Sequence record: MT188223.1
From: Acinetobacter phage vB_AbaM_D22
Reading direction: 5' to 3' (one strand)
Length of the DNA: 32,000 nt
Shown here: positions 31,667-32,000 of the stretch, one piece after another
How the letters are laid out: each line of letters begins with the position of its first letter
Position numbering within the stretch: position 1 is the stretch's first letter
The notes under the pieces: generated by a model
The model's database searches: none
What the model saw: the letters and a program-made list of their open reading frames with translations, nothing else
What the model was told of the DNA's origin: nothing
Translations under genes and position numbers: made by a program

Positions 31667-32000
31667 ATGATTGGTGGTGACATCCAGTGGTCAAGGTATG
31701 CAGAAGTAAACTTCACGAACTATAACAATGGAGTCATCACAACTATTAAGAGTAGCGAGATCGACAGTGATAAAAACATTATCGGAGAAGGTCTTAGAAT
31801 CGCATTTGAATACTCTAAAAGTGATGATCAAGGGTACAACTCACCCAATGGTAAAATCGTCATCTATGGATTGACAGAGAAGACATTTAACGCTGTTGGT
31901 GAGAGGTTGAGATGTGAAGTTGAAGTTAAGGCTGGGTATCTTGAGTCTAAATTAAATGCCCCAAAGAAACTGTTCTATGCAGTTTTGATGAACAAAAAGT
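31667..32000 (+). CDS. hypothetical tail/baseplate protein, 3'-truncated by the window edge
   Basis: The frame is open from the ATG at 31667 to the end of the window (MIGGDIQWSRYAEVNFTNYNNG...). It is not in the track because no stop is reached. Confidence 0.5.
   Translation, partial: MIGGDIQWSRYAEVNFTNYNNGVITTIKSSEIDSDKNIIGEGLRIAFEYSKSDDQGYNSPNGKIVIYGLTEKTFNAVGERLRCEVEVKAGYLESKLNAPKKLFYAVLMNKK

Overview
This window looks like part of a tailed-phage genome, AT-rich and with contractile-tail (myovirus-type) structural genes. It has three blocks. (1) 1-3159: a leftward (minus-strand) operon of small early-type genes. These include a DUF4326-like protein, Cys-rich proteins, small membrane proteins and an acidic low-complexity protein. 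(2) 3160-7820: an AT-rich divergent promoter region with near-consensus sigma70-type promoter cassettes. It is followed by a rightward island of about 20 tRNA and tRNA-like genes. The island also carries a small coiled-coil ORF, a GroES-like co-chaperonin, long perfect hairpins, ORF-free spacers and tRNA fragments. (3) 7828-32000: a rightward block that starts with two small ORFs, a short thioredoxin and a strong terminator. The late structural operon follows:
- putative small terminase, large terminase and portal
- S49 protease/scaffold, decoration-like protein and a lambda-gpE-like major capsid protein
- an attenuating terminator
- a giant ~2211-aa modular fiber/adhesin gene and two coupled ORFs
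- four neck/connector-size ORFs
- sheath, two paralogous tube-like proteins and chaperones with a -1 frameshift extension
- tape measure and the first baseplate-region genes

The most unusual parts are the non-canonical content of the tRNA island (structured ORF-free spacers, long dsRNA-forming inverted repeats, D-arm-deleted and half tRNAs, an embedded co-chaperonin) and the giant repeat-rich fiber gene sitting between the capsid and connector genes. All calls come from reading the sequence and the ORF track by eye. No database search was run.
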